Shown here in pieces: positions 40,476 through 49,251 of a stretch of 64,000 bases of DNA (positions are counted from its first letter, which is position 1; the number at the start of each line of letters is the position of its first letter). Source of the DNA: an uncultured Phycisphaerae bacterium. GTDB taxonomy: Bacteria; Planctomycetota; Phycisphaerae; JAAYCJ01. Under the pieces are notes generated by a model, which saw only the letters and a list, made by a program, of their open reading frames with translations, did no database searches and was not told the DNA's origin. Location: positions 3,961 to 67,960 of the forward strand of contig CAZLZE010000005.1 of assembly GCA_964563935.1 (NCBI GenBank). The letters run 5' to 3'. The translations under genes were made by a program, and so were the position numbers.

Positions 40476-40531
40476 CGCAAAACCTCCACTGTTGTAGTCG
40501 TAGGGTAGGTTTCTCAACTCACCATCTTCAA

Positions 40532-41407
40532 TCAATCCGCGTAGAACCCGTTCCACGTCTGGTATTCCCAGATATTCCATTTATGCTGGGAATTCAGTAT
40601 CTCCCCCGGCCACTTCGCGTTACTCACATGAGCATCAAAGAACATGACATTGAAAGATCCGCTGCCCATCCCATGCCTTCGAGCGGGACCCGAAACGCCC
40701 CAGGACCCTTGTGGCGTCTCGGGAGGAAAGTACCGCCAAATCTGATGCAAATTGGCGCCGGGTCCCACAGGATTCGATACAGTACTGGAATCAGCCACAT
40801 AGACCGTCAGAGACGGATCCGTCGTGATCTCAGAAAATCGCCTGTACGCAAATGCCGGAGCCGCCCCCGGATTGAACATCACAATAGCGCCGGCGGGAGG
40901 AACCATCCCGTTCATTCCATATCCCGCGTTGGCAAAATCCGCCCTGAAAGTGGTCATATCAGCATCCATCTCCGGACACGTCGTCACTTCCCCCGGCACA
41001 TAATACCCGCTACCACCCTCACCTCGCATGTAATGAAGCCGAAGCCAGTCATCCCACCGGCTGTACCAATCCGGGTAACCAGGCCGTGGAGCGGAAACAT
41101 CGCTCCGAAGCATAAAGTCGTTGTAGTCCGTCGCGTAACTAAACAAAGCTATCGCCATCTGCCTCAAATTCGACTGGCACACCACCGTCCGCGCCTGTTT
41201 CCGCGCCTGCTGAAGCGCCGGAAGCAACACCGCCATCAAAACAGCGATTATCGCCACCACCACGAGCAACTCAATCAGCGTAAACCCCCGCCCATCAGCG
41301 CGAGGCCCAACGGGCCTTAGCGATCTGGTTTCTGCCGCCATCACTCTATGATTTCGAATCAGTGACCTGCGATTGAAGAGCCTCGCCGATTTACAGATCA
41401 TGTTCAC
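40532..41407 (-). CDS. DUF1559 protein with prepilin-type N-terminal cleavage/methylation domain, second copy
   Basis: [43 protein letters not shown] and C-terminal [14 protein letters not shown] motif. AAGGAG ribosome-binding site before the GTG 41407 / ATG 41401 start. Confidence 0.85.
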   Translation of the reverse strand: MNMICKSARLFNRRSLIRNHRVMAAETRSLRPVGPRADGRGFTLIELLVVVAIIAVLMAVLLPALQQARKQARTVVCQSNLRQMAIALFSYATDYNDFMLRSDVSAPRPGYPDWYSRWDDWLRLHYMRGEGGSGYYVPGEVTTCPEMDADMTTFRADFANAGYGMNGMVPPAGAIVMFNPGAAPAFAYRRFSEITTDPSLTVYVADSSTVSNPVGPGANLHQIWRYFPPETPQGSWGVSGPARRHGMGSGSFNVMFFDAHVSNAKWPGEILNSQHKWNIWEYQTWNGFYAD

Positions 41408-41556
41408 GGCCTTCTCCTTGTCATTCTTCCCATTCTTCTGTTATTCAATCCTTCTCTTCTTTGCGTCCTTAGCGACCTCTGCGGTTAACCCTTCTCTTAT
41501 TCGTGTTCATTGGTGTCATTCATGTCCAGACTCTTCCCTTCAATCCACAATTCTTC

Positions 41557-42615
41557 TCATCCCGTCTCCCCGTCCACCAGCGTCGGCGACACACTGATCG
41601 ACGCCACATCCTTACCCGTCCCAATCCGCTCCTCCAGCATCGCCACCGCCATCTTCGCCATCCGAGTCCGATCAAAATGAAAACACGTGATCCGCGCCGG
41701 CGGAACCAAAGCCACCGGATCATAATCGCACGCGACCAGATGAATATCCTCCGGCACCTTCAGCCCCAGTTGATAGCATGCATAAATGACCCGCGCCGCC
41801 TCGATCGCGTTATACGCCACGATCGCCGTGCATCCATGCTCCTCCCGAAACAGCTTCGTCCGATCCAGATAATCTCGAACCGGGTTATCCACGCTCTCCA
41901 GCGGAACATCCCATGAAGGCAGAGGCTTCAAATCCGCCTTGATCATCGTTTCCGCATATCCCTTCATCCGGTCTGCCATACTCGAGTGCTTTGTACTGCC
42001 CGGCGCGGAAATAAAACCGATCTTCCGATGCCCGCGATCAATCAACCGCTGCGTCGCCAATCGTGCCGCCGCCGGATCGTCAGGCATGATCGTATTAAAC
42101 GCCCGATACGATGGTGGATTGATAAACACGTGCGGCAACCCCAACCGGGCAACCAGCAAATCCAGATCACCTCGAATCTGGGCGATATCCAGGATCAACC
42201 CGTCAATGGAAACCGTCTTCAGCAGCGGAAGGCCCTCAATCTCTGAAACCGGGGCGTGCCACCGGACCGTGCTCATCGCCAGTTTCATCCCCTTGTCCGT
42301 CAGAACCTCCGACAGCCCCTCGATCAGACGCGATCCGTAATACGTCTGAACATGCTCCTTCTCAAAAATCAGCCCGATCGTCTCGCTCTTCTTCCGTACC
42401 AGCATCCGGGCCGCCGACGACGGCTTATACCCCGTTATCCGAATCGCCTCGAGCACCTTCTTCCGCGTCCGCGGATGAACGCTCCCCGGATTATTGATCA
42501 CCCGAGACACCGTCGAATGACCCACCCCCGCCAGCCGGGCCACCTCAATGCACGTCACCTTCGCCCTGCCGTTATCCAACTCGTCCATCCTTCTTTCTGC
42601 TAATTCTTTTCCCAT
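41557..42615 (-). CDS. LacI family transcriptional regulator
   Basis: HTH VTCIEVARLAGVGHSTVSRVIN followed by a sugar-binding domain. First gene of the minus-strand GH/DUF1559 operon. Confidence 0.88.
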   Translation of the reverse strand: MGKELAERRMDELDNGRAKVTCIEVARLAGVGHSTVSRVINNPGSVHPRTRKKVLEAIRITGYKPSSAARMLVRKKSETIGLIFEKEHVQTYYGSRLIEGLSEVLTDKGMKLAMSTVRWHAPVSEIEGLPLLKTVSIDGLILDIAQIRGDLDLLVARLGLPHVFINPPSYRAFNTIMPDDPAAARLATQRLIDRGHRKIGFISAPGSTKHSSMADRMKGYAETMIKADLKPLPSWDVPLESVDNPVRDYLDRTKLFREEHGCTAIVAYNAIEAARVIYACYQLGLKVPEDIHLVACDYDPVALVPPARITCFHFDRTRMAKMAVAMLEERIGTGKDVASISVSPTLVDGETG

Positions 42616-42626
42616 TTTACCACTCT

Positions 42627-42640
42627 TGGGAACGTTCCCA
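42627..42640. promoter_or_regulatory. Perfect 14-bp palindrome TGGGAACGTTCCCA, a LacI/cre-type operator
   Basis: Fits the TGnnAnCGnTnnCA pattern of LacI-family operators. Located 12 nt upstream of the LacI ATG in the divergent LacI/GH42 intergenic region. Confidence 0.55.
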
Positions 42641-42714
42641 TTCGCGTCTCATAGAAAAAGGCCCTACGGCCCAAATACAGCTCTTTCCACTTAATCTACC
42701 CTGTCATCAATGAC

Positions 42715-42728
42715 TGAACACGTTCCCA
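42715..42728. promoter_or_regulatory. Second, imperfect operator-like site TGAACACGTTCCCA
   Basis: Shares the ACGTTCCCA half-site with the perfect palindrome 75 nt away. Lies about 250 nt upstream of GH42. Confidence 0.4.
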
Positions 42729-42977
42729 TAGCCATAGAATACCGCCACGCAAAAACAATGTCAACACTTTTTGCCTCCACCACACCTCAAGCTCTATGGC
42801 CATCATAAGTATCAGCCACATTAACCCCTTACAAACGCGAACACCAAAACTACAACATTTTTACATCTTCCAATACATCCCCATCGCACTTTGGAAATTG
42901 ACAAAAGCAAGCCGACAGATCATGATGGACCCTCAGGAGCCTAAGCTCATTTGTAGATAATTGAGGAGAACAACCTG

Positions 42978-45059
42978 ATGAATCTTGGCGTTCAATACTA
43001 TCGTCCGCCGTTTCCGAACCAGCGGTTCTGGGAAGACGACTTTGCGAAAATACGCGACTCGGGTCTCAATACCGTTCAGCTCTGGGTGGTCTGGGCGTGG
43101 GTGGAACCTGTACCAGACCAGTTTCGATTTGAGGACTACGACCGCCTGGTCGAGTTGGCTGAAAAGAAGGGGTTGGGCGTCATTCTGAGTACGATCGCGG
43201 AGATCCACCCTTATTGGATCCATCGCGTCGTACCGGGCAGCGAGATGGTCGACCACATGGGCCACAAGGTCGTCTCCTCCAATCGGGTCGAGGTCCACTT
43301 CGGACTCACCCCCGGCGGCTGTACGGATGTTCCCGGCGTCTGGAACCGCATGACACGATTCTTGTCCGCGGTCGTAACGCGTTACCGCGGTTCCAAGGCG
43401 CTTCGCGGCTGGGATGCGTGGAATGAGCTGCGGTGGAACGTCCAAGCCGACGGGCTTGTCTGCTACTGCGATGATACGCTTCGGGAATTCCGCAATTGGC
43501 TGTCGCAGCAATACGGCGGACTTGAAGGTCTGAATCAAGCCTGGCTCCGCCGGTACGGAAGCTGGGACGAGGTGCTTCCGGGCAAGCTGCCGGATCGGCC
43601 ATATACGGAGATGATGGCGTTCGAACACTTCCTGACATGGCGAGCCAATCGTCACGGTAAGGCGCGTTATGACCTCATCAAGGACCTGGACCCGAACCGT
43701 CCGGTGACTATCCACGGCGATCAGCCGTGCGTCCTTTCCGGCGGCTGGGCTCAAGATCACCCGCTCAACCGCGGGAATGACTGGGTCTACGCCGACGAAC
43801 TCGACGGCGTGGGCTGTTCGAGTTTCCCGAAGTGGTTTGGGATCGATGACGCCGATTTCGGCATCCGTGTGGAAGGCGTGAAATCCGCGGGCCGAAAGAA
43901 ACTGGTCTGGCTGAGCGAGGTCCAGGGCGGTCGGGCAGCCAAGGGATTCGAAATCTATCAGCCGGTGGATGCGCCCCCGCAGCAGCGGTGGATATGGAAC
44001 GGGATCGCCGGTGGGGTGGATACGATTCTATTCTGGTGCTGGCGTGACGAGGTCTTCGGACGCGAGTCGGCCGGATACGGCATCGCCGGAAACGACGGAC
44101 TGGCGGACGAACGGCTCGCGGCGATGAAGAAGACCGGGGCCATCCTCGAAGCGAACAAGGACCTCATTTCCAACTACTCGCCGGCGAACCCCCAGGTGGG
44201 CGTGTTCTTCAGTCCGCAGTCGTACTATCTCGGCTGGGCTGATGAAACCAATGCCGGACGATTCGTTCAATCGCTCATGGGATACTCGCGAAGTCTGGTT
44301 CGGCGATCGATTCCCTTCAAATTCGTCGAAGAGCGGCACCTTGCTGAACTCAGCGACCTGAAGATTCTCTTCATGCCGCGCACCATCGTCACGGACGCGT
44401 CGACGGAAGCGGCTTTGATGGATTTCGTCGCGAAAGGCGGCACGCTCGTCTGCGAATCCGAGTGTGGGGCGTTCAGCCCGCAGGGGTTGTATCGCTATCC
44501 GGATGAGCGATTTATTCCCAAGCTCTGCGGATACCGGGAAGTGGGCCGGCGAAACATTGAAGGCGACTTTGTCGATGTGACATATGACGGGAGAACCTAC
44601 AAACTGGGCGTTAATCAGTGGCTGACGCCGTGGCGCAAGGACGGCGAGGCGTCGTTCCTGGCCGAAGCGCCTGTGGGAAAAGGCAAAGTCGTCCTGTGCG
44701 GATCGTACCTGGGTGACTCGTATCTGAAGAAGCCGTCGATGGACTTCGAGGAGTTCGTGAACCACCTGACCCGCCGCGCTGGATGGGAACCGCAGATTGA
44801 GGTGCTCTCGCCGCCCCCAGCCATAGACGCGTTCGTCTATATCAAGTACGGCGTGTCCAACGGCAAGAAGATGGTCTTTGTCTTCTTCCCGGAACAGTAC
44901 GACAAGGTCCGGTTGAGATTCGCCCGAGGCTTTTTCCAATCCAGCCGTCTCAAGGACCTCATCACGAGTCGGCAGATCGACGTCCAGGACATCAAGGGGA
45001 CGCCGGAATGCACCGTGCTGACCTCCGACTGGCGATTGGCCGTGCTGGCGGAGGAGTAG
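42978..45059 (+). CDS. Beta-galactosidase, glycoside hydrolase family 42
   Basis: N-terminus NLGVQYYRPPFPNQRFWEDDFAKIRDSGLNTVQ and WDAWNE catalytic-acid region, followed by GH42 trimerisation/C-terminal domains; 693 aa. GAGGAG ribosome-binding site. Confidence 0.82.
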   Translation: MNLGVQYYRPPFPNQRFWEDDFAKIRDSGLNTVQLWVVWAWVEPVPDQFRFEDYDRLVELAEKKGLGVILSTIAEIHPYWIHRVVPGSEMVDHMGHKVVSSNRVEVHFGLTPGGCTDVPGVWNRMTRFLSAVVTRYRGSKALRGWDAWNELRWNVQADGLVCYCDDTLREFRNWLSQQYGGLEGLNQAWLRRYGSWDEVLPGKLPDRPYTEMMAFEHFLTWRANRHGKARYDLIKDLDPNRPVTIHGDQPCVLSGGWAQDHPLNRGNDWVYADELDGVGCSSFPKWFGIDDADFGIRVEGVKSAGRKKLVWLSEVQGGRAAKGFEIYQPVDAPPQQRWIWNGIAGGVDTILFWCWRDEVFGRESAGYGIAGNDGLADERLAAMKKTGAILEANKDLISNYSPANPQVGVFFSPQSYYLGWADETNAGRFVQSLMGYSRSLVRRSIPFKFVEERHLAELSDLKILFMPRTIVTDASTEAALMDFVAKGGTLVCESECGAFSPQGLYRYPDERFIPKLCGYREVGRRNIEGDFVDVTYDGRTYKLGVNQWLTPWRKDGEASFLAEAPVGKGKVVLCGSYLGDSYLKKPSMDFEEFVNHLTRRAGWEPQIEVLSPPPAIDAFVYIKYGVSNGKKMVFVFFPEQYDKVRLRFARGFFQSSRLKDLITSRQIDVQDIKGTPECTVLTSDWRLAVLAEE

Positions 45060-45174
45060 AGAAAATAAGGACTTTAATTCCGTATCTGCCGCTGCGAAAG
45101 ACGGGTTCCGGAGCACTGGACCTTTCTCCCGCCCCGTGGTATAACCATGCCAAGCAACAGTATGAGGACAAACC

Positions 45175-46062
45175 ATGCTGACCGACAATATTCTGAATCT
45201 TATTGGCAATACTCCCCTGCTTCAGCTCAAGGGAGAGAAGGTTTTCGCGAAGGCGGAGTTTCTCAATCCCGGCGGAAGCATCAAGGACCGGGTGGCCCTT
45301 GCGATGCTCGAAGGCGCGGAGCGGGACGGACGACTCAAGCCCGACTCCATCATCGTCGAGCCCACCTCGGGCAATACGGGGATCGGAATTGCCCTGGTCG
45401 GACGACTCAAGGGGTACAAGGTGCAAATCGTCATGCCCGAAGGGATGAGCGAGGAACGCAAGAAGCTCATTCGCGCCCTGGGCGCGGAATTGGTCCTGAC
45501 ACCGGATAAAGAGAGCATTCCCGGCGCGGTCCGCAAGGCCAGGGAAATGGCGGCCTCCGATAAGAGGGTATTCATGCCCGATCAATTCGCCAACCCGGAC
45601 AATCCGCGAATCCACTACCAGGAAACCGCGAAAGAGATCTGGCGACAGATGTCGGGCGACATTGACTGCTTTGTGGCCGGCGTGGGCAGCGGAGGAACGC
45701 TGCAGGGCGTGGGCAGGTTTCTCAGAGAACACAAGCCGAATGTCCGGATCGTCGCGGTGGAACCGAAAAATGTCTCCGCACTACTCGGGCACGAGCCCGG
45801 ATTGCATCAGATTCAGGGGATAGGCGACGGATTCATACCGGCCGTGCTCGACGTGAAGCTCATCGACGAAGTAATCGAGGTCTCCGATGCCGACGCCATC
45901 GAGACTACTCGCCAATTGGGACGCGACTCCGGCCTGCTGGTAGGGATTTCCTCCGGCGCCAACGTGTGGGCGGCGAGACAGCTCGCCCAACGGGTCACGG
46001 GAAACATCGCCACGATTCTTCCCGATCGCGCGGAGCGATATTTCAGCACCGCCCTGCTGTGA
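45175..46062 (+). CDS. cysK: Cysteine synthase A (O-acetylserine sulfhydrylase)
   Basis: PLP lysine in NPGGSIKDR, plus TSGNTGIG and GVGSGGT loops. Confidence 0.92.
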   Translation: MLTDNILNLIGNTPLLQLKGEKVFAKAEFLNPGGSIKDRVALAMLEGAERDGRLKPDSIIVEPTSGNTGIGIALVGRLKGYKVQIVMPEGMSEERKKLIRALGAELVLTPDKESIPGAVRKAREMAASDKRVFMPDQFANPDNPRIHYQETAKEIWRQMSGDIDCFVAGVGSGGTLQGVGRFLREHKPNVRIVAVEPKNVSALLGHEPGLHQIQGIGDGFIPAVLDVKLIDEVIEVSDADAIETTRQLGRDSGLLVGISSGANVWAARQLAQRVTGNIATILPDRAERYFSTALL

Positions 46063-46122
46063 CGCAAGTCCGACCAGGCGAAAGCAAGCAAGGAAGCTGA
46101 TCTTTATGATAAGGATTGATTC

Positions 46123-47622
46123 ATGGATGAAACGGTGGTAGCGGAGAAACTGGCTGGTGCGTTGGGGCGCCCGGACCTGATCGTGGTAGGGTTGTCAATC
46201 GCGATCCTATTCGTGATCGCCTACTTCTCCGGTCGAAAGGAAAAGGACACGCACGATTATTTCGTGGGCGGTCGAAAGGTACCCGCGGTCATTGCCTGCC
46301 TCTCCTTCGTGGCCACCGAGGTCAGCGCAGTCACCATCGTCGGCGTCCCAGCCACAGGATTTCGCGAGAACTGGCAATACCTGCAATTCTTCATCGGCTC
46401 CGCGGCGGCGAGAATTCTCATTGCCTTCCTCTTCATTCCCGTTTTCTACAAGTACCAATGCACGACGATCTACGAGTTCCTGCGCCACCGCTTCGGACCG
46501 CACACCCAGTATACAGGCTCGATCTTCTTTTTCATCACTCGTCTGCTCGCCTCGTCCGTACGGTTGTATGCCGCCTGCCTCGGCGTCTCCGTCATCCTGG
46601 GTTGGAGCCTGGCTCAAGCCCTCATTCTGTTCACGTTGATCAGTATTGTTTTCATCGCATTCGGAGGAATCAAGGCGGTCGTCTGGACGGGCGCGTTCGA
46701 GACCGTCGTTTTCTACCTGGCCGGACTGGCCGTCTGCGCGTTCCTGATTTACCAGACCCGAGGGGGAATTGCCGAAGCCTGGCGAATGGCGGGTGAAGCG
46801 GGACGGTTGAGTCTGTTCAACTGGAAATTCAGTCTATCCGATCCCACCACGCTCTGGGCCGCCATTCTGAACGCCTTCTTTGTCGGCATGTGCGTGTTCG
46901 GAACGGATCAGGAACTTATGCAGCGACTGCTCACCGTCAAAACTCGCAAGTCCAGCCAAAAGGCGATCATTTCCACCATCGCCGCCGCACTTCCGATGAC
47001 TTGTCTCTATCTGGCCATCGGAACGCTCCTGTATGTCTTCTACCAACAACATCCAAGCCTTCCCCAGCCGCAGAATTCCGACAAAATCCTAAGTCACTTC
47101 GTCATCAATTCCCTTCCCTATGGGCTGAAGGGACTTGTGCTTGCCGCCATCATCCTGGCGAGCATCGATTCGCCCCTCAGTTCGCTTTCCTCCTCTTTCG
47201 TGACGGACATCTACCGCCCGCTGATCAACAAGACAGCTTCCGAAAGGCACTACCTTTGGGTTTCCAGAATCGGTGTCGTCGGGTTCGGGCTGATCCTGGC
47301 CGCGATGGCCTATCAGTGCCGCTCGTTCGAAGGAATTTTGTGGGTGGCGTTCAAAATCCTGGCCGTCACAGGCGGAAGCACGCTCGGCGTCTTCCTGCTC
47401 GGACTCCTCACAACGCGCCGCGGAAACTGGTCCAACGTCGTCGCCATGATCGTGAGCGCCCTGGGCATGGGCGTGCTTCTTTATCTATCCGAGAAGAAGT
47501 ACATTACCCTCGGCTGGAGCTGGCTGATTGTATTCGGGACGGCTTGCACTTTCTTTCTGGGCTACATCCTCGGACCCTTGATGGATAGACAAACTTCCCA
47601 ATCAACGGCCCGAGCGGCCTAG
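46123..47622 (+). CDS. Sodium:solute symporter family transporter
   Basis: About 13 TM helices with an SSF-like pattern (DYFVGGRKVP...). 499 aa. AAGGA ribosome-binding site. Confidence 0.8.
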   Translation: MDETVVAEKLAGALGRPDLIVVGLSIAILFVIAYFSGRKEKDTHDYFVGGRKVPAVIACLSFVATEVSAVTIVGVPATGFRENWQYLQFFIGSAAARILIAFLFIPVFYKYQCTTIYEFLRHRFGPHTQYTGSIFFFITRLLASSVRLYAACLGVSVILGWSLAQALILFTLISIVFIAFGGIKAVVWTGAFETVVFYLAGLAVCAFLIYQTRGGIAEAWRMAGEAGRLSLFNWKFSLSDPTTLWAAILNAFFVGMCVFGTDQELMQRLLTVKTRKSSQKAIISTIAAALPMTCLYLAIGTLLYVFYQQHPSLPQPQNSDKILSHFVINSLPYGLKGLVLAAIILASIDSPLSSLSSSFVTDIYRPLINKTASERHYLWVSRIGVVGFGLILAAMAYQCRSFEGILWVAFKILAVTGGSTLGVFLLGLLTTRRGNWSNVVAMIVSALGMGVLLYLSEKKYITLGWSWLIVFGTACTFFLGYILGPLMDRQTSQSTARAA

Positions 47623-47636
47623 TTTCTGTCCCCTTA

Positions 47637-48794
47637 TCAGTACCGATAGATTGCCGCCAGCGGTGTGTGGATGGGTGCATCCCGCGGCTCCACGACGTAG
47701 ACCGCGCCTCCCTTGGACAGCGTCTGGATGATAGCGTAATCCTGCAAGTTCTTGTCGCCCGGCTGCTTGTCGTCATGGAGAACGAGCGAACCGCTCTGCG
47801 GATTAAACGTCCCCCACTGCTCCAACCCGTTGGCCACGAACAGTGTTTCCACGCGTCCCGCGTGCACAGCCTGCAAGATCTCCCGCAGATTCTGCGACGC
47901 GCGAGGCGTATTCATCGCCTGGCGATACTGAGCAACGGCATTTTCAAACGATTTGCGGAAAATCGGCTCCATGATCTCCCACGCCCGACTGTGCAGTTGA
48001 TCGACCGTCACGATCTCCGAAATGCCGTCGATCCCTTCATCCACCAGTCCCGAGTATGTATTAGCTTCCTTGTAGATGGATCGGAGATACTCAACCCCCG
48101 CCAGCACCATGGGCGCACGCTCGCTGTTCAGAATCTTGATCAGACTCCGGTTGACCTGCTGGAAGAAGTCAAGGACGCCTTTCTTCTTCACCGCGTCGTC
48201 CGTTCCCGCCCCGTGGCCATGGAACATCGCCGTTCCCGATCCTGAGCCCTTCACGCCGACGCTGTGATAGTTCAATTCCGTGTCCGCCATATTGTATTTC
48301 TGCAGTTCCTCGATGTTCGTCATCACGTTGTGCAGGTCCACTTCCTTGATGCTCAGGTGCGTGCACCGGAATAGCTGAATCTGTTTCATGTTCAGCGAGA
48401 GGACATAGAATCGCCCATCCGTCATGAACATTGGCAGCAACGGCATGATATGGAACTGGTCGGAAACCACGATCCGCTCATCAAAGCTCATGGGGACCCG
48501 ATAATAGCGGAAAAATCCGGGCGCGATGAAAACTGCCAAACCATCGCTTTGGTGGCGCCAGAAGAATGAATCCTCCAGAAGCGGCGAGGCCGGCTCCAGA
48601 ATCTTCTTTGCCTCCAGGAAGCGAACCCGGTTCCGCACCAGTTGCTGTTCTGCTTCCCGCAACAGGTTTTTGAATCGTATTCGGTCCTGCTCAATTTCCT
48701 TCCCGGCGCGATGTGTGGGCAGAAAAATGGAGACACACGGAATGGTTTTGGAACTCATTAATTCATTTAATGCTATAATTGGCGAGACATTCAT
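47637..48794 (-). CDS. Conserved hypothetical protein (386 aa), no recognised domain
   Basis: GGAGGAAAGGAG ribosome-binding site before ATG 48794; the ORF's first ATG at 48836 lacks one. Soluble protein with a GHGAGTDD loop. No family could be assigned from sequence alone. Confidence 0.6.
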   Translation of the reverse strand: MNVSPIIALNELMSSKTIPCVSIFLPTHRAGKEIEQDRIRFKNLLREAEQQLVRNRVRFLEAKKILEPASPLLEDSFFWRHQSDGLAVFIAPGFFRYYRVPMSFDERIVVSDQFHIMPLLPMFMTDGRFYVLSLNMKQIQLFRCTHLSIKEVDLHNVMTNIEELQKYNMADTELNYHSVGVKGSGSGTAMFHGHGAGTDDAVKKKGVLDFFQQVNRSLIKILNSERAPMVLAGVEYLRSIYKEANTYSGLVDEGIDGISEIVTVDQLHSRAWEIMEPIFRKSFENAVAQYRQAMNTPRASQNLREILQAVHAGRVETLFVANGLEQWGTFNPQSGSLVLHDDKQPGDKNLQDYAIIQTLSKGGAVYVVEPRDAPIHTPLAAIYRY

Positions 48795-49251
48795 CAGCCT
48801 GTCTCCTTTCCTCCATGAGGTACAGTTGGCCCCCACCGGAACCGCCCTACTGTCAGTGACAATTAATACTCAAGTATTTGCGATCTATTCCACTCTCTAT
48901 ACACAAGAATTATATTCCGCGTCCCAAGACGCTTCCATCACTGATGAATTTTATGGCGAGGGGACGTAAAAGGCGGGGGTTTTTGCCGATTTTGACAAAG
49001 GATAACGGCTCGGGCGATTTGCATGGTATCCACGGCAGACTGCAATCCCCACACTTGACTTTTTAGTACATTTGCAGACGTTGAGATTTTGGCTACTGCA
49101 CACATGGCACAAGGTGAGGTTCATAGCCCAGGGAGCGGGGTACCCCAAAAAGAGGGTCGACACAGTCCACTCCACAGCAGGAATTGGAGGAGCATGGTCG
49201 GACAAGCCGACTGTGGCACAACCGGCGTTCCTCTTCATCTGGGACACAGCA

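Noticed and set aside
48795-49251. 457-nt intergenic stretch with several small ORFs (for example 48878..49066); possible small protein, sRNA or tRNA
   Set aside because: The small ORFs have no ribosome-binding site or conservation signal. No tRNA-like cloverleaf or repeat structure was seen. Likely promoter or leader for the 386-aa orphan gene.
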